Assembly: GCA_009886095.1 (NCBI GenBank)
Contig: VFJL01000003.1
Location: forward strand, 5,479 to 69,478
Direction of reading: 5' to 3'
DNA from: Nitrosomonadales bacterium
Lineage (GTDB): Bacteria; Pseudomonadota; Gammaproteobacteria; Burkholderiales; Nitrosomonadaceae
Length of the DNA: 64,000 nucleotides
The notes beneath the pieces are model-generated. The model had not been told where the DNA came from. It ran no database searches and saw nothing but the letters and a program-made list of their open reading frames with translations. This document shows, in pieces, positions 11,666 to 19,052 of this stretch. Both the position numbers and the translations under genes were made by a program. The number at the start of each line of letters is the position of its first letter. The first letter of the stretch is position 1.

Positions 11666-12607
11666 TTATGCCGTACCTATCCGTTCTGCCGCCCGCATCA
11701 CTGCGCTTCTAGCCCGCGAATTGGCAACCACTTCCTCTTCACTGGGGCGTATCGCCTTGCCCACCAGACGCAATTTCTGACAAATAAGCCGCTGCACTTC
11801 TATTGCCCGCAAAGGCAGTCCTCGAGGCAGTTTGTCAAAATTCGTCGATTCGCGCATAAAGCGCTTCACTAACCGGTCCTCCAGCGAGTGAAAGCTGATG
11901 ACTACCAGCCGGCCGCCAGGATTCAATATCTCTACACATTGCGGCAGAGTCAGCGACAACTCTTCAAGCTCCTGATTAAGGTAAATCCGTATAGCCTGGA
12001 AGGTACGTGTCGCTGGATTCTGCTTATTTTCCCGTTGCCGTTCGCGCGCACGCACGGTCGCGACCACGATCTTGGCAAGTTGCAGTGTGGTAACGATAGG
12101 CTGCTGCGCTCTTGCTGCAACAATCGCTCTTGCAATCTGTTTAGCAAACCGCTCTTCGCCATAATCTCTTATCACCTCTCCCAGATGCGCCTCTGAAACA
12201 GTGGCGAGCCATTCTGCAGCGGTCTGCCCCTGGCTTGTATCCATGCGCATGTCGAGTGGCCCTTCGAAACGAAAGCTGAATCCGCGTGGCGCCTGTTCAA
12301 TCTGTGGCGAAGACACCCCCAGATCCAGCAATACCCCATCCACCCGCTCCACACCTAGTTCCTGCAATATCTGCCGCATCCGCGAAAATCCGCTATGCAC
12401 CATGCAAAAACGCGCATCCTTGATGGCCTGTCCCGCCATTACCGCAGCCGGATCCTTATCGAGTGCAATCAGCCTGCCATTTTTTCCCAGCTGCTCCAGG
12501 ATCAGACGGCTGTGACCGCCACGGCCGAAAGTCCCATCCACGTAAATCCCATCCGGCTTGACGGCCAGCGCATCCACCGCCTCATGCAGCAGAACCGTGG
12601 TATGCAT
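11666..12607 (-). CDS. rsmH: 16S rRNA (cytosine1402-N4)-methyltransferase
   Basis: 313-aa ORF with [13 protein letters not shown] and [10 protein letters not shown] motifs typical of RsmH/MraW. Confidence 0.95.
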   Translation of the reverse strand: MHTTVLLHEAVDALAVKPDGIYVDGTFGRGGHSRLILEQLGKNGRLIALDKDPAAVMAGQAIKDARFCMVHSGFSRMRQILQELGVERVDGVLLDLGVSSPQIEQAPRGFSFRFEGPLDMRMDTSQGQTAAEWLATVSEAHLGEVIRDYGEERFAKQIARAIVAARAQQPIVTTLQLAKIVVATVRARERQRENKQNPATRTFQAIRIYLNQELEELSLTLPQCVEILNPGGRLVVISFHSLEDRLVKRFMRESTNFDKLPRGLPLRAIEVQRLICQKLRLVGKAIRPSEEEVVANSRARSAVMRAAERIGTA

Positions 12608-12628
12608 AAGAGCGGTGTCACTCCTATG

Positions 12629-13075
12629 TCAAAGTGAGAAACCATCGAGTTCTGGTGGCGTACCGCCATCCTTGAATACGAGGGCATTCTCGATTTGCAG
12701 ACTCCATTTTTCCTCATCCCACAACTCAAATTTCGCACCCTGCCCTACCAGCACCACATCCTTGATCAGGCCTGCGAACTGGCGCAAGGGCGGCGGCACC
12801 AGAATACGTCCGGCACCGTCCATCTCCACATCGCTGGCATTACCAACGAGAAGGCGCTGCAAACTACGGCTTTGGGGATTGAAACTGGAGAGACTGTTGA
12901 GCTTCTGCTCTATAGGTTCCCATGCGGGCTGGGGATAAACCAGCAAGCACTTGGAAGGGTCAGCGGTAACGACCAGATGGCCGGCGCAAAAAGATAGCAA
13001 TCCATCACGGTACTTCGCGGGCACCGCAAGCCTTCCCTTGTTGTCCAGACTGATGGGTGTAACGCCACGAAACAT
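12629..13075 (-). CDS. mraZ: division/cell wall cluster transcriptional regulator MraZ
   Basis: 148-aa ORF starting MFRGVTPISLDNKGRLAVPAKYR, with a second half repeat (GRILVPPPLR). First gene of the dcw cluster. Confidence 0.95.
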   Translation of the reverse strand: MFRGVTPISLDNKGRLAVPAKYRDGLLSFCAGHLVVTADPSKCLLVYPQPAWEPIEQKLNSLSSFNPQSRSLQRLLVGNASDVEMDGAGRILVPPPLRQFAGLIKDVVLVGQGAKFELWDEEKWSLQIENALVFKDGGTPPELDGFSL

Positions 13076-13099
13076 GTTGTCCCCTTATTTTTCAGAAGG

Positions 13100-13126
13100 A
13101 ATTTCAGATTTTTCTAATCTGAAATT
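13100..13126 (-). other. perfect 11-bp stem / 5-nt loop hairpin in the mraZ leader
   Basis: aatttcagatt-tttct-aatctgaaatt. The arms are exact reverse complements. Located between the GTGGG repeats and the mraZ start codon. Confidence 0.5.
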
Positions 13127-13130
13127 TTCT

Positions 13131-13155
13131 CCCACTTTTTCCCACTCCTACCCAC
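13131..13155 (-). promoter_or_regulatory. putative MraZ operator (three direct GTGGG repeats at 10-bp spacing)
   Basis: CCCAC occurs at 13131, 13141 and 13151 on the plus strand. This reads GTGGG-N5-GTGGG-N5-GTGGG on the mraZ strand, 56-80 nt upstream of the mraZ ATG. It matches the TGGGN direct-repeat operator architecture described for E. coli MraZ. Confidence 0.65.
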
Positions 13156-13587
13156 TGTAGTAAAAAAGAATGGGCTAGTCAAGTGAAAAATAGGGGATTT
13201 CTGTTTATACGACAAAGACTTAAAGAAAAAACCGGGGAAATTTTCTGGGGCAGATAAATATATTATAGAAATAAAGGGGATAGATAGAAAACTGAATGTA
13301 ACTTATCACTTTATGAAGCATTGTGGGTGAAACTGGGTGACGACAGGAAAAGGAAAGTAAGCGATGAAGTTTCTTGAGCAGCGCCGTATCACAACGAAAT
13401 GGGGTAAACAAACAGTCCGCAAAGTGGATGTGCACAAATTTGGATTCTTAGAAGTGCCCTCATACTTCGCTACTGCAATCGCGAGCTAAACAAAGCACCA
13501 GGAAATAGGGGCGGCAAATAATGCATCCTTTATAGACCTGTCTCATGACTGTTGGTGTGGGGAATGGATCCATTTGTATAAACAATG

Positions 13588-13616
13588 TTGACACATGCCA
13601 CCCACGCATCTAAACT
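13588..13616 (+). promoter_or_regulatory. sigma70-like promoter upstream of mazEF
   Basis: TTGACA (13588-13593), a 17-nt spacer, then TAAACT (13611-13616), about 35 nt upstream of the mazE ATG. An imperfect palindrome tgcattc...gaatgca follows. Confidence 0.45.
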
Positions 13617-13649
13617 ACCTGCATTCAATTTGCACGGAATGCACATATC

Positions 13650-13892
13650 ATGGAAGTCATTATAAAAAAATGGGGCAACAGCGCGGCGGTGCGCATTCCG
13701 ACATCCGTTATGGCGGCGGCGCATGTCGCTCTGAACCAGCCGGTTGAAGTGCGCGAGGAACAGGGGCGCATCGTTATCGAACCAGTACGCCGCAAGGAAT
13801 ATAAGCTGGATGAATTGCTGGGCGGCATCACCGCAAAGAATCGGCACGAGCCTGTTGATACCGGCGCGCCGGTCGGCAAGGAAGTCTGGTAA
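13650..13892 (+). CDS. mazE: type II antitoxin MazE (AbrB/SpoVT fold)
   Basis: 80-aa ORF. KKWGNSAAVRIPTSVM ... IEPVRR ... GAPVGKEVW lines up closely with E. coli MazE (VKRWGNSPAVRIPATLM ... IEPVRK ... KDKEVW). Confidence 0.9.
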   Translation: MEVIIKKWGNSAAVRIPTSVMAAAHVALNQPVEVREEQGRIVIEPVRRKEYKLDELLGGITAKNRHEPVDTGAPVGKEVW

Positions 13893-14245
13893 TGGCACGT
13901 CGCTTCGTGCCGGAGACGGGGGATATAGTCTGGCTCGAATTCTCGCCTCAAGCCGGGCATAAGCAGGCAAGACACCGCCCCGCGCTGGTGCTCAGCCCCG
14001 CCGCCTACAACAGCAAAACCGGCACAATGCTGTGCTGCCCGATGACCACGCAAATAAAAGGTTACCCGTTCGAAGTTATCATTCGTGCAGAAGGTGTCAG
14101 CGGTGCGGTGCTGTCCGATCAAGTCAAAAATCTCGACTGGCGCGTGCGCAAAGCCACACCCAAAGGAAAAGCGTCTGCCGACGAACTGGATGAAGTGCGC
14201 GCCAAAATTTCCTCGCTGTTGGGTTTGTCCAGGATTTCTGCATAA
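13892..14245 (+). CDS. mazF: type II toxin MazF/PemK family endoribonuclease
   Basis: 117-aa ORF. FVPETGDIVWLEFSPQAGHKQARHRPALVLSP ... TTQIKGYPFEV ... LSDQVKNLDWR parallels E. coli MazF. TAATG overlap with mazE. Confidence 0.9.
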   Translation: MARRFVPETGDIVWLEFSPQAGHKQARHRPALVLSPAAYNSKTGTMLCCPMTTQIKGYPFEVIIRAEGVSGAVLSDQVKNLDWRVRKATPKGKASADELDEVRAKISSLLGLSRISA

Positions 14246-14432
14246 GGACGGCAGAAAATCTCAGGGGCCAAGCCTAGCTTTGTAGCATAATAAAACCCCG
14301 GGCTTTATTACATCCATCATATTTCGTTCCAAACGTATAGAGTCTCATGATGTATAGGAATAATTCGAGTCTGATCGTTCGCAGTAACAGCAGTAAATCT
14401 AGCGGGTTAAAATCCCGTCTGTGGAGTTGTCC

Positions 14433-14760
14433 GTGCGCCACAGTAGTATGAGGAAGCTGCGTCGTGGCAACAACGGGGTCGTAGTTTCCAAACAGCAAGA
14501 GCGCAGGCCGTAACGCAAGTGGGCCTAGATGTAGCCTCGTAGACGAATTGGAGAAGCCGACCCTGTGGTCAGAAGGGGAAGGCCGTTGGATGGATGCTGA
14601 AATAACGGAAGTAGCATCCATCGACTTCCGGGGTAGCAGGGTCGGCATGTTATCGAAGATTTATTGCCCAGTGCTGGAGACCCGTTGCGGTGGTGGAGAG
14701 GCCATCGACTGATGCGTAAAGGAAACGAAAGCGCAACAGGCCGTAGCGGGAGTCGGAGGG
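14433..14760 (+). mobile_element. probable group II intron 5' fragment (domain I only, no RT ORF, no domain V seen)
   Basis: Starts with the GTGCG consensus 5' end (gtgcgccacagtagtatgaggaagctg...). It is rich in nested complementary segments and contains ggaaacgaaagcg, resembling the GGAACGAAACGAAAGCG segment I recall in Ll.LtrB. It stops abruptly at the IS remnant. Confidence 0.45.
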
Positions 14761-14761
14761 G

Positions 14762-15262
14762 TTAAAAGTACCGTTTGAGGCCGATGGACAACATAACCAC
14801 TGTCAAACAGCTTGACTGGCCGCTCTTGCCATCGCCAACGCGATGGCCCCCTCGATTCCAGCCGCTCCCCGATCCTTGGTACCCAGTGTCTTCGGTAGTA
14901 TGACTGGCAATCGCTGGCGCGCGTCGCAGTAGGAACCGGTGTTGAGTGCGCTCACCGATTTGCTCAGACAAGCGACGGCCCACCACGTCTTGGCAGGCAG
15001 TCAGCCGAAGGACTTGACCAACAAACAAGCGTAGCGTATCCAATGGGGGATAGATACACTCACGGTGTGGTGTCTCCAGTTCGCTCATGATCGTTGCAAT
15101 CTCTTGGTTGCCAATGGCTTGGTCAAATATGCCAGTGTCGCTTTGTAAAAACTGCTGTTTCAGCATCATAGCTTGCTGCCGAAATCGCTCAACTTTGCTA
15201 TCCTTCATTTGGGCTGACCTCCTAAGATTGGTGACTTTCGTGTCGCAACAAAAGCTTACCAT
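14762..15262 (-). pseudogene. IS4-family transposase remnant (N-terminal part, frameshifted and truncated)
   Basis: The first ~95 aa (…ECIYPPLDTLRLFVGQVL..TACQDVVGRRLSE…) resemble the IS4-type transposase N-terminal domain. Downstream, the similarity continues only in other frames (LNTGSYCDARQRLP; RWRWQERPVKLFDSG). No DDE core is present. Confidence 0.55.
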
Positions 15263-15577
15263 CAGAAGTGCTCAGCCCACCGTTTTTAGGGGCGTCAAAA
15301 CCTTAACCGAGTGCCATGAGAGTCTGACCTCCATCAATCTTTGTGGAGGACTATAAATACATCAAGCTGAAATCTAACAGTATTATCTTCCCACTACCAG
15401 AAGAAAAATATCTTTTCATTCTGTTGTCATTGCGTCTCGAATGACTGCTTGTCATCGGGAACCAATCATCGCCACCGGCAGAACCGTGCCGTTTCCAGAA
15501 ATTGATTCTGACACTGCTTGTCAGACCAAGCCGAAACTTCTACAAATAAATTGCCGGGATGAATTGTGCGCTGCGGC

Positions 15578-16432
15578 TCAGCGCTTGCTTAATACGGTAA
15601 AATCTTTTGCGTAACCATGCAGCTTCTGGGTTAAATGCAGGCGTTGTTTCGGCGTCAGCATGGCATCAAGCTCCAATATCAGTTGCCGCAACTGCTTTAC
15701 CCACTGCACCCAAACTCGTTCATGTTCGGCGGTGCGGCCATTCCCCCAATCGGTCAACCATTGCCTGAGGCCCTCTTCCAGCTTGTCTTTCGGTAGCTTG
15801 GCTTCGAGCAATTCACGCAGCATTTTTTGCCGGGTGGCGCGGTGCATATAGCGATGCTCCGCGCTCTGCGGAAAAGCTTTCACCATCGCAGCGATGCGCT
15901 CTTTCTGATTTGATTCAAGCGTTCCGACCCAGTCTTCGATACGCTCCAGTGATTTCTTCACGCGTTTCTTTTCCAGCGTTTCGGGAGTGCCGTCAAGATG
16001 CTCCTTACGGAACTTTGCATTTTCTTTGGCGAATTTCGTGTCCATGACGCCGAACTGGGCTGGCTCCATTGTTCCCAGCACACTGGCTAAATCACCTGCG
16101 GCATAATGCATCAGTGCTTCTCTACGGGCCTCCATAGCGTTATCCATCCAATCCAGATCAGCCGATTTGAGTCCGGCTTCGATACGCCTGGCAGTCTCGG
16201 TACATAGCATGGCGTATTTTGGCAGCTCTTCCCTGCGGTGCCAGGCATGCACACGCTGCAAATCCAGATTAAATTGCGCCTGCTGGCGAGTGTTGAAATC
16301 GAAATAATCATCAAACAGCCAGCGTATTGCTATATCGACATTGTTGTAGGCGACATTGATGACGCTGCACCCGCTCAGCAGCAGGGGCAAGAACAGGCAC
16401 AACAGCGGTAGTAAGGGTTTGTGCAAACGCAT
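15578..16432 (-). CDS. lipoprotein of unknown function (DUF6279-like)
   Basis: The ORF runs to 16456 (GTG). The ATG at 16432 gives MRLHKPLLPLLCLFLPLLLSGC, a classic lipobox signal. Family name is from memory of the LSGCS..AYNN...W pattern. Confidence 0.65.
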   Translation of the reverse strand: MRLHKPLLPLLCLFLPLLLSGCSVINVAYNNVDIAIRWLFDDYFDFNTRQQAQFNLDLQRVHAWHRREELPKYAMLCTETARRIEAGLKSADLDWMDNAMEARREALMHYAAGDLASVLGTMEPAQFGVMDTKFAKENAKFRKEHLDGTPETLEKKRVKKSLERIEDWVGTLESNQKERIAAMVKAFPQSAEHRYMHRATRQKMLRELLEAKLPKDKLEEGLRQWLTDWGNGRTAEHERVWVQWVKQLRQLILELDAMLTPKQRLHLTQKLHGYAKDFTVLSKR

Positions 16433-16648
16433 TATGGCAATTGGAGGATACGTCACAGATTATTTTAAGAGCACCTCAAATCAATCATCACTTCTCATCC
16501 ACTGAAAAAGTAAGATCACCCCCAGAATAAACCCCAGACCCAGGATAGCCTTTGCAAATTCTTTGACGAACCAGAACAGCATAGACTCATATAAATCCAA
16601 TTAGTCATCTCCTCTGTAGAAAGGATACCTGTAAAGCATTTCCAGCAC

Positions 16649-16852
16649 TCACTTCCGTGACCACCACCATAGCAGCAGCGACAGCAATGCCGACACCAGC
16701 AGACCGGTCGTCAACGGAAAATAGAAACTGAAGTTCTCCCGTTCGATGGTGATATCCCCCGGCAGCCGCCCAAGGGGGAGCTTCGACAGCCAGGGCCATG
16801 CCAACCCTGCCAGTAACAACAGTAGGCCAAACAGAATAAGCAGACGTTGCAT
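16649..16852 (-). CDS. DUF2905 family small membrane protein
   Basis: 67-aa ORF with two TM segments and the LPGDI..ERENFSFYFPL motif typical of DUF2905. Confidence 0.75.
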   Translation of the reverse strand: MQRLLILFGLLLLLAGLAWPWLSKLPLGRLPGDITIERENFSFYFPLTTGLLVSALLSLLLWWWSRK

Positions 16853-16854
16853 AA

Positions 16855-17092
16855 TCCTAAATCCGGCAGTTGACCGCTCATTTATCAGTTTAACAACAGG
16901 ATTTATAGCAACTTTTTGTAGTTTTTGATCTTCACCTTTTGGGTGAGTTCGCTACGGGGAAGATTACACGGTTTTTGCGGTACATGGCTGCGTTGCAACT
17001 TCTTGGAATGGAATGACCATTCCGCGTCATTGCGCCTTGCCCTGCACCCCAAAAGCCGTACACTCTACCCCGTCCAACTGCCGGATTTAGGA
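16855..17092. repeat. 238-bp MITE-like element with 18-bp perfect terminal inverted repeats
   Basis: TCCTAAATCCGGCAGTTG at 16855-16872 is the exact reverse complement of 17075-17092. The interior folds into a long imperfect hairpin (ggggaagattacacggtttttgcggtac / gcaccccaaaagccgtacactctacccc). No ORF. Confidence 0.6.
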
Positions 17093-17094
17093 TG

Positions 17095-17219
17095 ATTCCA
17101 ACTCCATCTCATCAGTGACACTTCGTTGATATCCTCACTCGTACTTGGCCGTACTGTTCGCGCTATCTGCGGCGTTCGCTCGTCATTGCCTCGTTTCACT
17201 TTCGAACTAAAATTGGAAT
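17095..17219 (+). repeat. dispersed intergenic repeat family A, copy 1
   Basis: attccaa.tc.at.tcatcagtgacacttcgttgata ... cgtttcacttt.gaa...aaattggaat. Alignable by eye to 18536-18686 and, in reverse complement, to 28497-28648. Confidence 0.8.
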
Positions 17220-17269
17220 AAGGGTTTCCAGGTTGCAGCATCACGGCAGTAAGACTATGCCTTTTCTTC

Positions 17270-17731
17270 CTACCTGGGATTCTTCAGTAACTTCTCAGGC
17301 AGAAGACGCGTGTCTTCAAATCCGAGTATCGGAAAAATCCCACGGTTCTCGTCATCAATGGAGAGCTGTGCCTGCCAGATTCGACCACTGTCTTGATCCA
17401 CCATCAGGAAGTTCCACATATTATCGGTCGGGTACAAGGTAAAACGTCCGTTCTTACCATCGGCTGCCAGAGCTTCTGCATTGATGGGGGTTCGTGTCCG
17501 ATTGACATCGTTGTCCACACTGAACTGCACCTGCCAAAGGCGGCCAGTCTGAGTATCGAGTTCCAGGAAATTCCACATGTTTCCTGTCTTGAACAGACGG
17601 TAACGCACCTCCAGTCGCTGTGGTGGATCAGTTTCAAATCTCACTTTATCGGCTGCATGTACGGCGAAGGTGCTGCCGTATCCAAGCCATGCGGCCAGAA
17701 TAATAATAAGGTAAGTGTGGGCAAATCTCAT
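17270..17731 (-). CDS. secreted protein of unknown function with an internal duplication
   Basis: 153-aa ORF with a signal peptide (…GYGSTFAVHA). It has two copies of a T(G/D)NMWNFL..D...GR.WQ.Q.S.D module. Confidence 0.7.
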   Translation of the reverse strand: MRFAHTYLIIILAAWLGYGSTFAVHAADKVRFETDPPQRLEVRYRLFKTGNMWNFLELDTQTGRLWQVQFSVDNDVNRTRTPINAEALAADGKNGRFTLYPTDNMWNFLMVDQDSGRIWQAQLSIDDENRGIFPILGFEDTRLLPEKLLKNPR

Positions 17732-17884
17732 AAGTTGTTTGGTAGAAAGTGATTCAATGCGGAATGAGTCAGTTTAACTCACTTGGTGTCGATCAAAGAG
17801 AGCCCTTAACCACCCCTGTGCTTAACATGCACGGGTGAGATTGGGCGCTGACTGTAACGAAATCAATCAGCAGGTTGTCGATGT

Positions 17885-18523
17885 TCAAAACCGGCATGAA
17901 TCGAGCACGATACGCCGGAGAATATGTAGCCGACCATGAAAGAAATGTTCTGCACCGGGAATAACCACTACAGGCAATTCCTGTGGTGCAGCCCAGTCCA
18001 GCACGGATTTCAGCGGAACCACGTCATCCCGGTCGCCGTGGATAATCACTGTACTGGCAGCGTGGCCAGCAACGGGCGGTGCCTTCAGCCTCTCAACCGA
18101 GGGCGCCACCATTACCAGTTTCTGCGGATTGAGCCGTTGCGCCACGTGTGCCTGGATTGCGCCACCGAAAGAAAATCCTGCCAGTAGCAACGGCAGATTA
18201 TCAAATCGGGTAGCGAATTGGCTGCGGATAGCCCCAGTCACTGCCAGCACGTCCTCGACTTCTCCCACGCCCATATCGTAGGTGCCATCACTCTTCCCAA
18301 CACCACGAAAATTGAATCTGACGGTGGCAAATCCCAATTCCAAAAAAGCCTTGAACAGGGTATGCACTATTTTGTTGTCCATGGCGCCGCCGTATAGCGG
18401 ATGGGGATGAGCGATGATAGCTATACCCGCAATACCGCCGGGGTAAGCAGAATCTGGCTCGGCCAAAACCGTTTCCAGCCTACCTGTCGGACCGTCAATG
18501 AAGAATTTCTGGGGATCAGACAT
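17885..18523 (-). CDS. alpha/beta hydrolase (COG2945-like)
   Basis: 212-aa ORF. AHPHPLYGGAMDNKIV ... FNFRGVGKSDG ... GFSFGG nucleophile elbow. Confidence 0.8.
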   Translation of the reverse strand: MSDPQKFFIDGPTGRLETVLAEPDSAYPGGIAGIAIIAHPHPLYGGAMDNKIVHTLFKAFLELGFATVRFNFRGVGKSDGTYDMGVGEVEDVLAVTGAIRSQFATRFDNLPLLLAGFSFGGAIQAHVAQRLNPQKLVMVAPSVERLKAPPVAGHAASTVIIHGDRDDVVPLKSVLDWAAPQELPVVVIPGAEHFFHGRLHILRRIVLDSCRF

Positions 18524-18535
18524 GGACCATCTCTA

Positions 18536-18686
18536 ATTCCAATTCTATTTCATCAGTGACACTTCGTTGATATTCTCACTCGCGCTTGGCCGTACTATGC
18601 ACCAAAAGGAAGTCCTCTTAAGGGGCGTACTGTCTGCGGTATTCGTTCGTCATCGTTTCGATTCACTTTTGAAGTGAAATTGGAAT
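18536..18686 (+). repeat. dispersed intergenic repeat family A, copy 2 (longest)
   Basis: Same termini as copy 1, plus a central ~30-nt segment shared with copy 3. Its last base is the first base of the ferredoxin stop codon (plus-strand coordinates). Confidence 0.8.
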
Positions 18687-18997
18687 CAGATCCTAAGCCG
18701 CTCGACCACGCGTCCATTTTTCAGATGTTCCTCGATGATCTCGTCGATGTCTTCCTTGTCCACATAGGTATACCAGACCTCTTCCGGATAAATCACGATT
18801 ACCGGACCTTCATTGCACCGGTCGAGACACCCTGCCATGTTGATCCGTACCCGCTTGCTTTTGCTATCGAGTTTGAGTGCCTTGATGCGCTCCTTGGCAT
18901 AATCACGCATTGCCTGGGCGCCATGATCGTTGCAGCATAATGCACCTGCTTCACGCTGGTTGATGCAGAAGAATGCATGGTAACGGTAGTAGCTCAT
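18686..18997 (-). CDS. thioredoxin-like [2Fe-2S] ferredoxin
   Basis: 103-aa ORF with Cys pattern FFC…CC…GCLDRC and the GPVIVIYPE..WY motif. Confidence 0.85.
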   Translation of the reverse strand: MSYYRYHAFFCINQREAGALCCNDHGAQAMRDYAKERIKALKLDSKSKRVRINMAGCLDRCNEGPVIVIYPEEVWYTYVDKEDIDEIIEEHLKNGRVVERLRI

Positions 18998-19052
18998 GAG
19001 AGTATTCGAGGAAATAGTGGAATAAAGATTATACCCAAATCAGAACGAGGCA

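Noticed and set aside
13220-14122. Minus-strand ORFs 13220-13435, 13530-13970 and 13625-14122.
   Set aside because: The first lies in the AT-rich regulatory spacer. The other two are antisense to the well-supported mazE and mazF genes.
14402-14418. tRNA T-arm-like sequence gcggg-ttaaaat-cccgt just upstream of the intron-like GTGCG, considered as a possible tRNA gene or att site.
   Set aside because: I could not build an anticodon arm, D arm or acceptor stem from the flanking sequence. It is at most a fragment, possibly chance.
14274-14648. 124-aa minus-strand ORF in the mazF-IS spacer.
   Set aside because: It overlaps the intron-like structured region on the opposite strand and has no motifs. 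It is more likely a chance ORF in non-coding mobile-element debris.
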